From Candidatus Poribacteria bacterium (lineage in GTDB: Bacteria; Poribacteria; WGA-4E; GCA-2687025), in NCBI GenBank assembly GCA_963665845.2, contig OY762492.1, positions 960,001 through 1,024,000 of the forward strand: DNA of 64,000 nucleotides, in the 5' to 3' direction. Under the pieces are notes generated by a model. It was not told where the DNA came from. It worked only from the letters and a program-made list of their open reading frames with translations, and did no database searches. Below, one piece after another: positions 18,433 through 27,268 of the stretch. The translations under genes were made by a program, and so were the position numbers. Each line of letters opens with the position of its first letter. The stretch's first letter is position 1.

Positions 18433-19455
18433 CTAAGAGGTTCCGCCTGTTTCGTCATACAGGCTGACCGCCGCCTCCGCGACCGCCTCCGCCTTCACAT
18501 CGTCCATGCGCCGCGCGCGCGTTTGGCGGCGGCGTTGACGGGGGCTGGCATTTTCATTCAGCGCGCTCGGCTCTACAACGCGGCTGACCGACCCGACAGG
18601 ACCCCACCGCCGAGGATCGGTCGGTCCAAAAACAGCGACAAGCGGAACGCCCAAAGCCCCCGCGATATGCATCGGTCCAGAAGCGTTGACGAACAGCAGG
18701 CGGCATCGGCTCATGAGCGCCGCCGCTTCGCGTATCGACATGTTTTGCGCGATGTCGGCGCGCGCGGCGGCTGCCTCAACGAAGCGGCGCGCCTCCGCGG
18801 TGTCCGCCGGCCCGGCGAACGCGATCAGCGCCGCGCCGTCCGCGCGTTTTGCTAAGGCGTCCGCCGCAAACGCAAACCGCTCAACAGGGTATTGCCGCGA
18901 TAGGTCGCTCGCCCCAGGGTGCGTTCCAATCAGCGCCGCGTTCGTTTCCAAGCCGCGTTTTTGTAGCCACTCGTCCGCAAACGCATGCTCCTGTTCGTTC
19001 AGCGTCAGGCGCGGCATTCGGTTTTTAGGTTGAACGCCCGCCGCTTCCACAAGCCTCAGGTTTCGTTCCGTTTCATGGAGCGCCTCGTCCGGCCCGCCGC
19101 CGGGGAGCGTCCGCGTCAGCAGCCGATGGAACGGCTTGCCCGTATAGCCGAACCGCTCCCGCGCGCCCGACAGCCCCGCGATCAGATGCGTTCGCGTAGA
19201 CGATTGAAGCGCGAAGGCGGCGTCGTACCGCCGAGAGCGCATTTCCCGTATCAAGACGCGAAGCGGACGCCCGCCGTCCAGCAGAATCTCCGAGACGGAC
19301 GGACGCCCCTCGATTAGCTGGGCGTTCAGCGGGCTTGCCAACAGGTCAATCTGGGCGTCGGGGAAGGCGTCCCGCAGCGCGTCGATGGCGGGGAGCGCGC
19401 AGACCATGTCGCCCAGCCGGTCGGGGCGGATGAGAAGAATGCGCCGCCTGTTCAT
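18433..19455 (-). CDS. Glycosyltransferase family 9 (LPS heptosyltransferase-like)
   Basis: ILLIRPDRLGDMV, HPGAS, NASGPMHIAGALGVPLVAVFGPTDP.RWGP. Confidence 0.9.
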   Translation of the reverse strand: MNRRRILLIRPDRLGDMVCALPAIDALRDAFPDAQIDLLASPLNAQLIEGRPSVSEILLDGGRPLRVLIREMRSRRYDAAFALQSSTRTHLIAGLSGARERFGYTGKPFHRLLTRTLPGGGPDEALHETERNLRLVEAAGVQPKNRMPRLTLNEQEHAFADEWLQKRGLETNAALIGTHPGASDLSRQYPVERFAFAADALAKRADGAALIAFAGPADTAEARRFVEAAAARADIAQNMSIREAAALMSRCRLLFVNASGPMHIAGALGVPLVAVFGPTDPRRWGPVGSVSRVVEPSALNENASPRQRRRQTRARRMDDVKAEAVAEAAVSLYDETGGTS

Positions 19456-19469
19456 GCGCGTCGGCGCCT

Positions 19470-19640
19470 CCGATACCCCCCTTGAAAAGGGGGGCTAGGG
19501 GGGTTTAAAGAGCGGGCGCGTCGGCTGCGACACCTTAAGATTCCCGCTTGCGCGGGAATGACGAGAAGAGACGCGGGAGTCCGATTCCCCCCTTGAAAAG
19601 GGGGGCTAGGGGGGTTTAAAGGACGGGCGCGTCGGCGCGG
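19470..19640. repeat. REP-like composite A-B-A
   Basis: Two copies of CCCCCCTTGAAAAGGGGGGCTAGGGGGGTTTAAA flank GATTCCCGCTTGCGCGGGAATGAC. Confidence 0.85.
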
Positions 19641-19707
19641 CAGTTGCAACCGCCCGCCAAGAAGCGTATCGTAACGCTGGACAATCTTGACACGGCGGGG
19701 AGTTACG

Positions 19708-20031
19708 ATGGCAGACCAGACGCGCGAGCAGTTGATTTTAGAGGTCATAGAGCAAGACCCAGACGATCCGATGCTGTTTTTTACGCTGGGAAGATTATAC
19801 CTGGACGAGGAGCGTTTTGAAGAGGCGCAGAAAGCGCTGAAAAGGGCGGTGGAGCTGGATGAGGGTTACAGCGCGGCATGGCTGGAGCTTGGCAGGGCGC
19901 ATATCGGCGCGGACGACGAAGAGAAGGCGCGCGAAGCGTTTGAGCAGTCGGCAAAGCATGCGGCGGCGAACGGCGATCTGCGCGTCAAAAACGAGGCGCG
20001 GGACGCCCTTGAACAACTGGACGAGTTTTAA
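19708..20031 (+). CDS. Small TPR protein
   Basis: FTLGRLY..EEA..ALKRAVELD...AWLELGRA TPR pattern. Confidence 0.8.
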   Translation: MADQTREQLILEVIEQDPDDPMLFFTLGRLYLDEERFEEAQKALKRAVELDEGYSAAWLELGRAHIGADDEEKAREAFEQSAKHAAANGDLRVKNEARDALEQLDEF

Positions 20032-20046
20032 ATTAGAGGCGTTACG

Positions 20047-20334
20047 ATGGCAATTTCAAAAATGCGCATACGCGGAGCGCCCGCCGCCGACTCTGCCCCG
20101 CATGACGCTCCTGTCCGGCGGTCGGCGCGCCTGCGGGTCGACCGCGTTTCCAACGATTATCCCGATCAAGGCGATCAGCCCGATTTTGCGTATGTTCAGC
20201 TGCTCGCCTATCCAAAAGAAGGCGATCCGGTGTTATGGACATCCGACAGCGGCAATGTGTTGACGGTCTACTGCAAGGCGCTCATGCGGGCTGGCGGCGT
20301 CGCGTTTCTGGTTACGGGGGTTGATCATGCTTAA
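20047..20334 (+). CDS. Hypothetical protein
   Basis: GAGG RBS. Fills the gap in a + strand run and overlaps the next start. No motif recognised. Confidence 0.5.
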   Translation: MAISKMRIRGAPAADSAPHDAPVRRSARLRVDRVSNDYPDQGDQPDFAYVQLLAYPKEGDPVLWTSDSGNVLTVYCKALMRAGGVAFLVTGVDHA

Positions 20335-21574
20335 GAAAAAAGCGTTTCTCGTCTCGTTCGCGTTCATCATCGCGCTGTCAGCGTACGCGGAAACGGTTCA
20401 TATCCGCCCGTCCGATCTGCCGAAGCCCTTTCACAGCGACTCGGTCCACAACGCGCCGATTGTGATCCCCAAAATGAATGTCGACAGGCTTACCATGCCG
20501 GACGGTTTCAAAGTGGAGCTGTGGGCTGAAGGGTTTCGGATACCGCGGCAAGCGTATATCGCGCCGAACGGCGACGTTCTGGTCGTCGAGTCGGGCGGCG
20601 GAAAAGTAACGCTCCTGCGCGACGCCGACAACGATGGCAAAGCGGAGTTCCGCTCCGAGTTTTTGACCGGCCTTCAGCGCCCTTTCGGCATCGACGTTCA
20701 CAACGGCTATCTTTACATTGCGAACACGCACAATGTCGTTCGTTTGCCGTATGCGCCTGGACAAGAGAAGGCGGAAGGCGAACTGGAGGTTGTCGTGCCG
20801 AACATCCCGACAGGCGGACACTGGACGCGCGACGTCATCTTTTCGCCGGACGGCTCCAAGATGTATGTCTCCATCGGCTCCAGATCGAACATTGACGAGG
20901 AGCCGCTGCCGCGCGCGACGGTCATGGAGTACAACCCTGACGGAAGCGGCGCGCGCGTCTACGGGTCGGGGCTGCGGAACGCCGTTGGGCTGCGTTTTCA
21001 TCCAAAGACGGGCGCGCTCTGGACGACGGTGAACGAACGGGACGGACTCGGCGACGACCTGCCGCCCGACTATGTAACCTCCATCCAGGACGGCGGATTT
21101 TACGGCTGGCCTTACGCCTATATCGGTCCCAACGCGGACCCGCGGCTCAACGGCAAGCGGATGGACCTGGTCGAAAAGACGCTGGCGCCGGATGTTCTGA
21201 TACAGTCGCATTCGGCGGCGCTCGGGCTTCTGTTTTATACAGGAGAGATGTTTCCTGAAGAGTATCAGGGCGAACTGCTGGTCGCCCTGCATGGCTCATG
21301 GAACCGCGCGCGGCGCACGGGGTATAAGATCATCCGCGCGCATATGAATCCTGACGGAACCGCCGTCGGCAGCTACGAAGACTTTATATCAGGATGGAGC
21401 GAGAACCCCGACTCTAAAGAGGTATGGGGGCGACCTGTCGGTTTGGCGCAGCTGCTGGACGGGTCGCTGCTCATCTTAGAGGACGGCGGACACAAGATCT
21501 GGCGCGTTTCATATGCGCCGCCTGAAGAAGAAAGCGATCCGCCGTCCGATTCCCCCCTTGAAAAGGGGGGTTAG
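20327..21574 (+). CDS. L-sorbosone dehydrogenase-like / PQQ-dependent sugar dehydrogenase family
   Basis: Signal peptide, GHWTR, GLRNAVG, VNERDGLGDDLPPDY, HGSWNR, GRPVG. Confidence 0.85.
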   Translation: MLKKKAFLVSFAFIIALSAYAETVHIRPSDLPKPFHSDSVHNAPIVIPKMNVDRLTMPDGFKVELWAEGFRIPRQAYIAPNGDVLVVESGGGKVTLLRDADNDGKAEFRSEFLTGLQRPFGIDVHNGYLYIANTHNVVRLPYAPGQEKAEGELEVVVPNIPTGGHWTRDVIFSPDGSKMYVSIGSRSNIDEEPLPRATVMEYNPDGSGARVYGSGLRNAVGLRFHPKTGALWTTVNERDGLGDDLPPDYVTSIQDGGFYGWPYAYIGPNADPRLNGKRMDLVEKTLAPDVLIQSHSAALGLLFYTGEMFPEEYQGELLVALHGSWNRARRTGYKIIRAHMNPDGTAVGSYEDFISGWSENPDSKEVWGRPVGLAQLLDGSLLILEDGGHKIWRVSYAPPEEESDPPSDSPLEKGG

Positions 21575-21627
21575 GGGGGTTTAAGGCTCGCGGCGCCTCT
21601 GGATTCCCGCTTGCGCGTGAATGACGA
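21546..21627. repeat. REP-like composite A+B between convergent genes
   Basis: Same modules as 13998-14092. Supplies the stop codon of the upstream gene. Confidence 0.8.
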
Positions 21628-21645
21628 CGCATGGGAGCGGCGCCT

Positions 21646-22656
21646 CTACGACTCAACAAACCAGAGCGTCGCATGGGCGATGCCGAACCGGTCGCGCAGC
21701 TCGTCGGCGAGCGCAACCCGCAGCTGCGACGCCTCCTGAACCGACATGCCCTTCACCTCAAGGCGCGCCGACAGACAAACATACTGCGATGTGATCTCCC
21801 ACACATGCAGGTCTTCCACCGCCACCTTCTCGGAGGAGCGGGCGCGCATGCTTTCGGCCACCTCGTCCAGATCGATTCCGTCCGGCTTCCGCTCCATGAG
21901 AATGCGTATCGAATCGCGCAGCAGGGAATACGCCCACCGCCCAATCACCAGCGCAATCGCAATGCTCAGCAGCGGATCGATAATCGTCCAGCCGGTGAAC
22001 CAAACGATCCCCGCCCCGACAACGATGCCGACGGAGGAAAGCGCGTCGCCCAGCATATGTATAAAGGCGCTTTTGGTGTTCAGGTCTTCCACGCCGGAGC
22101 GGAAAAGAATGGCCGCGGTTCCGAGGTTCACGAAAAGCCCGAAGACGGCGACGATAAACATCTCCTTGACGAGAATATCCTTTGGATGCGCGATATGATG
22201 GATCGCTTCGTACACGATCCAGATCGTAAAGAAGACCAGCAGAACGCCGTTGATAAACGCGCCCAGTATTTCGATGCGGAACAAGCCGAACGAGTAGCTC
22301 CCGCTTGTCCGGCGGGACGCCAGCAGGATGGCGGCGTAGCTGACGCCCAGCGCGGCGGCGTGCGAAAACATATGTATCGCGTCGCTGTGGAGCATAAGGC
22401 TGCGGAAGAGGTAGCCGCCGACCGTTTCGACGATCATCATGGCGATCGTCAGCAGTATGCAGATCAGAAACGCGCGCCGCTGCGCCGGGCGGTGAAGCTG
22501 ACCCGCATGATAATGATGATGATGCCCGCCGGCATGCGAATGCCCATGATGATGTCCATGCCCGTGATGATGCCCATGCGCATGAGAGCCATGACTTTCC
22601 GCAATGAGCGGCCGATGTTCATGAAAAGGACCGGTGAGAGCTTCGCTGTTTTGCAT
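21646..22656 (-). CDS. Cation diffusion facilitator (CzcD/ZitB-like) with His-rich N-terminus
   Basis: SDAIHMFSH, SFGLFRIEILGA, HMLGD, DLHVWEI, poly-His N-terminal tract. Confidence 0.9.
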   Translation of the reverse strand: MQNSEALTGPFHEHRPLIAESHGSHAHGHHHGHGHHHGHSHAGGHHHHYHAGQLHRPAQRRAFLICILLTIAMMIVETVGGYLFRSLMLHSDAIHMFSHAAALGVSYAAILLASRRTSGSYSFGLFRIEILGAFINGVLLVFFTIWIVYEAIHHIAHPKDILVKEMFIVAVFGLFVNLGTAAILFRSGVEDLNTKSAFIHMLGDALSSVGIVVGAGIVWFTGWTIIDPLLSIAIALVIGRWAYSLLRDSIRILMERKPDGIDLDEVAESMRARSSEKVAVEDLHVWEITSQYVCLSARLEVKGMSVQEASQLRVALADELRDRFGIAHATLWFVES

Positions 22657-22756
22657 ATCAGACTCCGCCAATCGCCTGCAAGTATCCTGTTTAAAACGCT
22701 GCGCGGAAAATCCCGCATTAAGAGTACAGCATATCGCATGCGCCATGTCAAACATT

Positions 22757-23021
22757 CTGACCTCATGCCCGCGGGAATCTTAGACGCCGCCGGCGCCGTC
22801 CCAGTTGTCTAAACTAGGATTTTTAAGATTGAAAAGAAAGACAGGCTTCGGAATAACGCTGAAATGGGCAGCCGCATTTAAAATAGCCCGCCCGCGCCCA
22901 AAGAGGCGCTATGCCTCATAGTAGAAAGAAACGCAGGTTCGCGTATTCTGGACATTGCGGGGAACAACCCGTGCCGCCCGCCATTCGCATGGCGGCATGT
23001 CCAGTTAAGACGTAAGGTCAG
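22757..23021. mobile_element. Degenerate MITE-like element
   Basis: Left end CTGACCTCATGC; right end TGTCCAGTTAAGACGTAAGGTCAG. Internal AACTAGGATTTT module. Confidence 0.55.
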
Positions 23022-23030
23022 CAAAGCCTT

Positions 23031-23059
23031 TTGACATTCTAACCGCGGCGGTGTAATCT
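23031..23059 (+). promoter_or_regulatory. Sigma70-type promoter
   Basis: TTGACA-N17-TAATCT upstream of the ATG at 23093. Confidence 0.55.
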
Positions 23060-23092
23060 ATGAACAGCGGATATCATTGGGGGGGGTGATCT

Positions 23093-25459
23093 ATGAACGC
23101 GCTTGACACGAGAATGATCGCATACAGAGCTGAAGGTTCTACAGTTCTGGTGAAGACGGAAAATAGGACGGTCAACGGCTTCTTCGTCCGAGAGGGGCTT
23201 GTCGCGACCAGCGCCCGCATCCTGGAGGATGGCGCCGACCGCCTCTATCTTCAGCGGGATACGGAAGACCCTGTCCTGTTTCATGTGGACGGCGCCGCTT
23301 TTCAAGACTCAGAGAGCGGCATTGCTTTTCTGCGCGTTTCATCGCTGACGCAGCGGGTCTTGCCTCTTTCTGTCGACTCTCTGCAGGTCGGCGAGCGCGT
23401 CTATGTGGTTGAAAACATCGAAAAATATTCGCGGACCGTCTGGCGGGAAGCGACGGTGAACAGCTTTCAAATCGACCCTGACATGCCGCGCATTCTGTTC
23501 GACGGCAGCGTCCCTGGCGGCGCGGTCGGCAGCGCTGTTCTGAATGAGCAAAGCGAGGCGGTCGGCGTCATTGTGGATGTTCCGACCGGGGGCGGAACCT
23601 TCGCCGCAATGCCATCCGTCCAACTGAAAGAGGCGGTGTCGCAAATCAAGCATGACGGCTCCCGCAGAATCGACTTCAACCAAGCAACGAGGCGTTTCGG
23701 AAAGGGGCCGGTTAAATGCCTCGCCTTTTCGCCGGACGGAAAGACGCTTGCGGTCGGCTCCAGCCTCTCTGTTAGGCTTTACGACGCCGAGACGGGCGCG
23801 CAGCGTAACCGCTTCAACGCATGGCAGGTGCAGGCGGTCGCCTTTTCGCCGGACGGAAAGACGCTCGCCGCCGCTCTTGAAATGGGCTATGTGGAGCTGT
23901 GGGATGTTGAAACGGGTCGAAGCCCCGAAATATGGGGGCATAATTACGATGCGAAAGCCTTGGCATTTTCGCCGGACGGACAAACCCTTGCAACCGGATC
24001 ATGCGACGACATCATGCTGTGGAACCTGCAGACAGTCGAACGCATTGCGCGCTTTCAGCATGACGAGAAGAGAGTTAGTTACTGGGCGCATGCCTTTTCG
24101 CCTGACGGACAAACCGTTGCCAGCTCCCGCGAGGATCATACCGTTCGGCTCTGGAATCCCGAAACGCAGGAACCCGAAATAACTTTGAAAGGGCATACGA
24201 ATCTGGTTCATGCCGTCTCCTATTCGGCGGACGGGCGGACGCTCATCACAGGCGGGGACGACAAGACGATACGAATCTGGAACGCCGAAACGGGCGACTG
24301 CGTTCAAACGCTGGAAAACGCCTCCGAGTTTGTCCGCTCCATTTCCTGTTCGCGCGGCGGAAACCTGTTTGTCAGCGGCGGCTGGGGCGGCGATCTGCTC
24401 ATCCGAGACATAGAGACTGGGCAGATTCAACGGCGCATTGAAGCGCATACGGAAGACATCCATTGCGCCGCCATTTCGCCGGACGGAAAAACGGCTGCCA
24501 GCGCCGCCAGGGACGCCGAGATCCGATTGTGGAATGTCGAGACGGGCGAGGCGCAGACGGTTGTCAAAGGGCATGTGAGAGGAGGAGAAGCCGCCGCTTT
24601 CTCCCCCGACGGAGAGACGCTTGCTGTCGCCGCCGACAACAAGATCTGGCTATGGAGCGCCGAAACAGGCGACGAGCGAATCGTATTGAGAGGCTGCGCG
24701 GGCAGGACATATTCCACCGCCTTTTCCCCCGACGGAGAGACGCTCGCCAGCTGCGGAGAAAACGGCGCGGTTCGGCTTTGGAACGCGCAAACGGGCAAGC
24801 TGGAAGCAGAGATGAAGGGGCATACCGATAAGGCGCTGTTGACCGCCTTCTCTCCCGACGGAAAAACGGCGGTCAGCGCCGGCGAAGATAAAACCGTGCG
24901 CGTTTGGGATGTCCAAACGAAAACAGGTCGAACCGCCTTCACGGCAGAGAACAGCGTCAACTTTAAGGCGCTGTCGGCGGACGGGAAGACCGTCGCCGGC
25001 GTCTGCAAAGAGAACGGGCTGCAGGTCTGGAATGTTGAGACGGGTGAACTTCAAGCGACTCTCGCCGCGAACGCCGAAGGCATTTATCGAGCCGCCTTCT
25101 CGACGGACGGGAGAACGCTCGCCAGCGCGGAGGAAAGGGACAAGAGCATTGCTGTTCGGCTCTGGGACCTCCAAACGGGAGAATGCAAAGCGGCGCTGAC
25201 AGGACACCGCAATTCCGTTCATCGCATTGTGTTTTCGCCGAACGACGCCATTCTTGCCACCTCAAGCTATGGGGTGGTTACACTCTGGGATATTCAAAAA
25301 GAATGGCATATCATGACGATCGATACAGGCTTAGGCTACACCGCTTACCCCGTCTTTTCAGCGGACGGGACGAAGCTGGCGACCGCCGGAAGTACTGGCT
25401 CCACATTGTTGTGGGACATCGCCGATCTGCTGCCCGCGGACGCGCCGCGCCCCGCTTGA
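23093..25459 (+). CDS. Degenerate trypsin-like domain fused to WD40 repeats
   Basis: N-terminal GFFVREGLVAT..., LQVGERVYVV, GSAVLNEQSEAVGVI, then many WD40 blades. Confidence 0.8.
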   Translation: MNALDTRMIAYRAEGSTVLVKTENRTVNGFFVREGLVATSARILEDGADRLYLQRDTEDPVLFHVDGAAFQDSESGIAFLRVSSLTQRVLPLSVDSLQVGERVYVVENIEKYSRTVWREATVNSFQIDPDMPRILFDGSVPGGAVGSAVLNEQSEAVGVIVDVPTGGGTFAAMPSVQLKEAVSQIKHDGSRRIDFNQATRRFGKGPVKCLAFSPDGKTLAVGSSLSVRLYDAETGAQRNRFNAWQVQAVAFSPDGKTLAAALEMGYVELWDVETGRSPEIWGHNYDAKALAFSPDGQTLATGSCDDIMLWNLQTVERIARFQHDEKRVSYWAHAFSPDGQTVASSREDHTVRLWNPETQEPEITLKGHTNLVHAVSYSADGRTLITGGDDKTIRIWNAETGDCVQTLENASEFVRSISCSRGGNLFVSGGWGGDLLIRDIETGQIQRRIEAHTEDIHCAAISPDGKTAASAARDAEIRLWNVETGEAQTVVKGHVRGGEAAAFSPDGETLAVAADNKIWLWSAETGDERIVLRGCAGRTYSTAFSPDGETLASCGENGAVRLWNAQTGKLEAEMKGHTDKALLTAFSPDGKTAVSAGEDKTVRVWDVQTKTGRTAFTAENSVNFKALSADGKTVAGVCKENGLQVWNVETGELQATLAANAEGIYRAAFSTDGRTLASAEERDKSIAVRLWDLQTGECKAALTGHRNSVHRIVFSPNDAILATSSYGVVTLWDIQKEWHIMTIDTGLGYTAYPVFSADGTKLATAGSTGSTLLWDIADLLPADAPRPA

Positions 25460-25487
25460 GCCAGCCAACGCCTGTCCGCTCCTCGTC

Positions 25488-25730
25488 TTTCCCCGCTTCC
25501 CCGTTTTCACGAGGACATGCCCGCGAGGACATGCATTCCCGCCCCTGCGGTAAAACGCGCGGGAATCTTAGCTGTTGTCTGAACTAGGATTTCCAGGATT
25601 GAAAAGATTGCCAAGAGTATTCCCGAAAACTCCGTCCTGAAAATCTTACTAATCCTTCAATCCTAGTTCAAAACCAAGCGCAACCCGCGCGGCTAAAACC
25701 CCCTATCCCCCTTTTCAAGGGGAATCGGAG
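25488..25730. repeat. REP-like module cluster, inverted counterpart of modules in 9320-9555
   Basis: CCCCGCTTCCCCGTTTTCACGAGGACATGCCCGCGAGGACATGC; GAACTAGGATTTCCAGGATT; CCTAGTTCAAAACCAAGCGCAACCCGCGCG; CCCCTTTTCAAGGGG. Confidence 0.8.
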
Positions 25731-25778
25731 ACAGCGCCGCGAATATCTGCGTATGAGCATACTGCCGGCCGGCATGAA

Positions 25779-25946
25779 CTGACCTCATGCATAAAGTAGG
25801 GACATTTGAACCGACAATCGCTTTATTCATGGGAAAAAGGCGCCGCCAACCAAACCGTCATTCCCGCGCAAGCGGGAATCCAGAGTCTACCCCGAAACCG
25901 TCCGCGTTCACAACCAGAATTGTCCCGACTCTAAGGGTGAGGTCAG
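25779..25946. mobile_element. 168-bp MITE with 26-bp imperfect terminal inverted repeats and 6-bp flanking direct repeat
   Basis: CTGACCTCATGCATAAAGTAGGGACA versus reverse complement of right end CTGACCTCACCCTTAGAGTCGGGACA (21/26). CATGAA on both flanks. Confidence 0.75.
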
Positions 25947-25987
25947 CATGAATTGTTGTCGAAGCGGGGCTTATATGGTATTCTTGT

Positions 25988-26833
25988 ATGGACGCCATAT
26001 TTTTAGGACGCCGCATTTTGCTGAAAGCCACGCCCAACCTTCATCCAGAGCGGAAGCAGGCGCTCGATTTTTCCTACCTTTCCGACGACGACATGGAAGC
26101 GCTCGTCGATCTGGAGCGCATGCCGCGCCATATCGCCATCATCATGGACGGCAACGGGCGGTGGGCGACTCGGCGCGGGCTGTCGCGCATTGAGGGTCAC
26201 CGCGCCGCTGTGGACGCGGTCTGGGGGGCGGTCGATGAAAGCAGCCGGCTGCAGGCGGAGGCGCTGACTCTTTACGCCTTTTCTTCTGAAAACTGGAAAC
26301 GGCCCGCCTCCGAAGTGAAAGCGCTCATGGGGCTGTTTCGGAGCCAGCTGCGAAAACAGACCCCCCGCCTCAACCGCAACAACGTGACGCTGCGCGCCAT
26401 CGGCGATCTTCGGCGCCTCCCGCTCAATGTCCGCTGGGAGCTGAACCGTTCGATTCGCCGCCTGCGGGGGAACGACGGGCTTGCGTTGACGCTCGCGCTC
26501 AGTTACAGCGGCAGGCAGGAGATGGTACGCGCCGTTCAAGCGGTCGCGCGGGATGTTGAGGCGGGGCGCCTTTCCGCCGACGAGATCGACGAAGCGGCGG
26601 TCGCCCGTCGGTTAGACACGGAGCCGCTGCCCGACCCCGACCTGATTATCCGCACCAGCGGCGAGATGCGCTTGAGCAACTTTCTGCTGTGGCAAAGCGC
26701 CTACGCCGAGTTTCATTTTACCCCGACCTGCTGGCCCGACTTCCGCCGGCGCGATCTTTACGAGGCGGTGTTGACCTACCAAGGGCGCGACAGGCGATTT
26801 GGCGCCGTCCATTCAGTCAAGGGGGGCGGTTGA
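25988..26833 (+). CDS. uppS: Undecaprenyl diphosphate synthase
   Basis: HIAIIMDGNGRWA, YAFSSENWKRP, IRTSGEMRLSNFLLWQ. Start may be 26093. Confidence 0.95.
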   Translation: MDAIFLGRRILLKATPNLHPERKQALDFSYLSDDDMEALVDLERMPRHIAIIMDGNGRWATRRGLSRIEGHRAAVDAVWGAVDESSRLQAEALTLYAFSSENWKRPASEVKALMGLFRSQLRKQTPRLNRNNVTLRAIGDLRRLPLNVRWELNRSIRRLRGNDGLALTLALSYSGRQEMVRAVQAVARDVEAGRLSADEIDEAAVARRLDTEPLPDPDLIIRTSGEMRLSNFLLWQSAYAEFHFTPTCWPDFRRRDLYEAVLTYQGRDRRFGAVHSVKGGG

Positions 26834-27268
26834 GCAGTTGGCGCACTCTCCAAAGATTTCGATGCGCAGCCGTTTGAATTCAAAATCGCGCGCCGCCGCC
26901 TCTTTCTTGAGCGCGTCTTCTAAAAAGTCGCTACGGAACTCAATGACGCGCCCGCAGCGGGTACAGATCAGATGCTCATGCTGTCGGCTGTCCAGCATGT
27001 TCTCATAATAGGTCTGCTTTCCGGCAGACGAAAAGGAGCGGCGCAGCAGGTTGGCGTCCAGCAGCAGCTTGATGGTGCGGTAGATCGTCGCGCGGGAGAC
27101 GCGCCGCCCGCCCCGCCGCAGAGACACCTGCAGGTCTTCCGCCTCAAAATGCCCGTCAAACGCCAGCGCCTCGCGCAGAACCGCCATGCGCTCCTGGGTG
27201 ATTTTTAAGCCGCGTTCGCGCAGGTATGCGGCTAACTGCGTCTGCGCCGATTCAACCGCCGCTTTCAT
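26813..27268 (-). CDS. fur: Fur family transcriptional regulator
   Basis: GLKITQER, SRATIYRT, HEHLICTRCG, CANC. Metal specificity (Fur/Zur/PerR) not determined. Confidence 0.85.
   Translation of the reverse strand: MKAAVESAQTQLAAYLRERGLKITQERMAVLREALAFDGHFEAEDLQVSLRRGGRRVSRATIYRTIKLLLDANLLRRSFSSAGKQTYYENMLDSRQHEHLICTRCGRVIEFRSDFLEDALKKEAAARDFEFKRLRIEIFGECANCSTAPLD

Noticed and set aside
17716-18633. Diversity-generating retroelement TR/VR pair
   Set aside because: Mismatches are not adenine-specific and are mostly synonymous; no reverse transcriptase in the window.
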